Assembly: GCA_021799535.1 (NCBI GenBank)
Contig: JAJZAH010000002.1
Location: forward strand, 80,950-144,949
Direction of reading: 5' to 3'
DNA: 64,000 nt
From: Nanobdellota archaeon
Lineage (GTDB): Archaea; Nanobdellota; Nanobdellia; Pacearchaeales; GW2011-AR1
A model generated the notes under the pieces. That model did no database searches and was not told the origin of the DNA. It worked only from the letters and a program-made list of their open reading frames with translations. Positions 63,227-64,000 of this stretch are shown here, one piece after another. A program made the translations under genes and the position numbers. Numbering within the stretch: the stretch's first letter is position 1; each line of letters begins with the position of its first letter.

Positions 63227-63778
63227 TTAAAAACTAACTTTCGGAGCTTTTTTTTCAACTTCGGCAATCTGAAGGTACTGTTTTGCTTTTCTTCCGTACA
63301 TTCCCGCAAACATTGCTCCCGGAAATTTCTGTATTATATTATTATAACTCAGTATGGAATCGTTATAGTTCTGTCTTGCATAAGCAACCCTATCTTCAGT
63401 CGATGAAAGTTCCCTCTGCAGCTCTATGAAGTTTGAGCTTGCCTTAAGATCAGGATAATTCTCAGCCACCGCAAAAAGTCTTCCAAGAGCGCCCGATAAA
63501 ACATCATTTGCCTTGACTTTCCCTACAATATCCTTTGCAGCCATCATCGCTTTTCTTGCCTTTGAAACATCTTCCATGATAGATTTCTCGTGCTTTGCAT
63601 AGCCTTTCACTGTTTCAATAAGGTTAGGTATAAGGTCTGCTCTTCGTTTCAGCTGGACATCTATCTGCGAAAGCGAGTTGTCTATCCTGTTTGAGAGGAC
63701 AACAAATCTATTGAAATAAAAGATTGCAATTAAGATAAGCAATACAACAACCGCAAGAATTATCCACAGTACTAACAT
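63227..63778 (-). CDS. lemA: LemA family protein
   Basis: N-terminal TM, then NRFVVLSNRIDNSLSQIDVQLKRRADLIPNLIETVKGYAKHE...ELSSTEDRVAYARQNYN. Confidence 0.8.
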   Translation of the reverse strand: MLVLWIILAVVVLLILIAIFYFNRFVVLSNRIDNSLSQIDVQLKRRADLIPNLIETVKGYAKHEKSIMEDVSKARKAMMAAKDIVGKVKANDVLSGALGRLFAVAENYPDLKASSNFIELQRELSSTEDRVAYARQNYNDSILSYNNIIQKFPGAMFAGMYGRKAKQYLQIAEVEKKAPKVSF

Positions 63779-63800
63779 AATTTAATCTAGACGGATTGAT

Positions 63801-64000
63801 TTATAAACTTATTTGTGAGACAAATTTTTCTAAGAACTCTCCCCAAATTGCCCTATTCTCCTTCATGTATTTTTTTAATAAATCAAAGGACTCCTTACTA
63901 AATGGGCCTTCTCTGAAAACTGGCCAGTGTTTTTCGTTCCAGTATCCAAGATTTTTTGGGTTCACTCTGGCCATTCCCCCCAGGGGGTCAGGACAGGCGT
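63801..64000 (-). CDS. hypothetical protein, C-terminal fragment (5' end outside window)
   Basis: Own translation ..ACPDPLGGMARVNPKNLGYWNEKHWPVFREGPFSKESFDLLKKYMKENRAIWGEFLEKFVSQISL*. The frame is open to the window edge. Confidence 0.35.
   Translation of the reverse strand, partial: ACPDPLGGMARVNPKNLGYWNEKHWPVFREGPFSKESFDLLKKYMKENRAIWGEFLEKFVSQISL

Noticed and set aside
1-64000. CRISPR arrays, rRNA genes, IS elements and transposases.
   Set aside because: I saw no regularly spaced direct repeats, no rRNA-like GC-rich structured stretch, and no transposase or integrase motifs (DDE, tyrosine recombinase R..H..R..Y) in any ORF.

Overview
AT-rich, very gene-dense archaeal chromosome segment: about 80 protein genes, 6 tRNA genes, no rRNA, no CRISPR array. 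Archaeal identity rests on aRF1, r-proteins L15e and S8e, NAC, Sec61-beta, an Sm-like protein, Elp3, class-I CCA enzyme, Bud32, archaeal-type Val/Thr/Gly/Trp-tRNA synthetases, two tRNA introns with bulge-helix-bulge splice sites, and TATA boxes at a fixed offset from start codons (leaderless mRNAs). Housekeeping genes are mixed with many lineage-specific hypothetical, membrane and surface proteins and a few bacterial-type enzymes (lytic murein transglycosylase, KdtA-like glycosyltransferase). This fits a small-genome, DPANN-like archaeon, which is an inference. Several ORF-track starts (TTG/GTG artefacts) were moved using the promoter spacing rule and paralog alignment. Best candidates for something new: (1) a tandem pair of propeptide-less HslV/proteasome-beta-like Ntn hydrolases with C-terminal extensions (36614-38116); (2) two separate cases where conserved coding sequence continues in frame across a TAG codon (Cas4-like nuclease at 45344; Bud32 followed by a zinc-ribbon at 19394); (3) three two-module Lrp/AsnC regulators, each divergent from lineage-specific unknown genes, including a tightly overlapping 3-gene operon (17965-19285); (4) a family-B DNA polymerase remnant beside a tRNA-bounded ParA islet; (5) a tRNA-Glu with a 111-nt intron; (6) a 0.5-kb ORF-free spacer packed with ATACAAT repeats. 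All functional calls come from motif recognition by eye; no database search was run.
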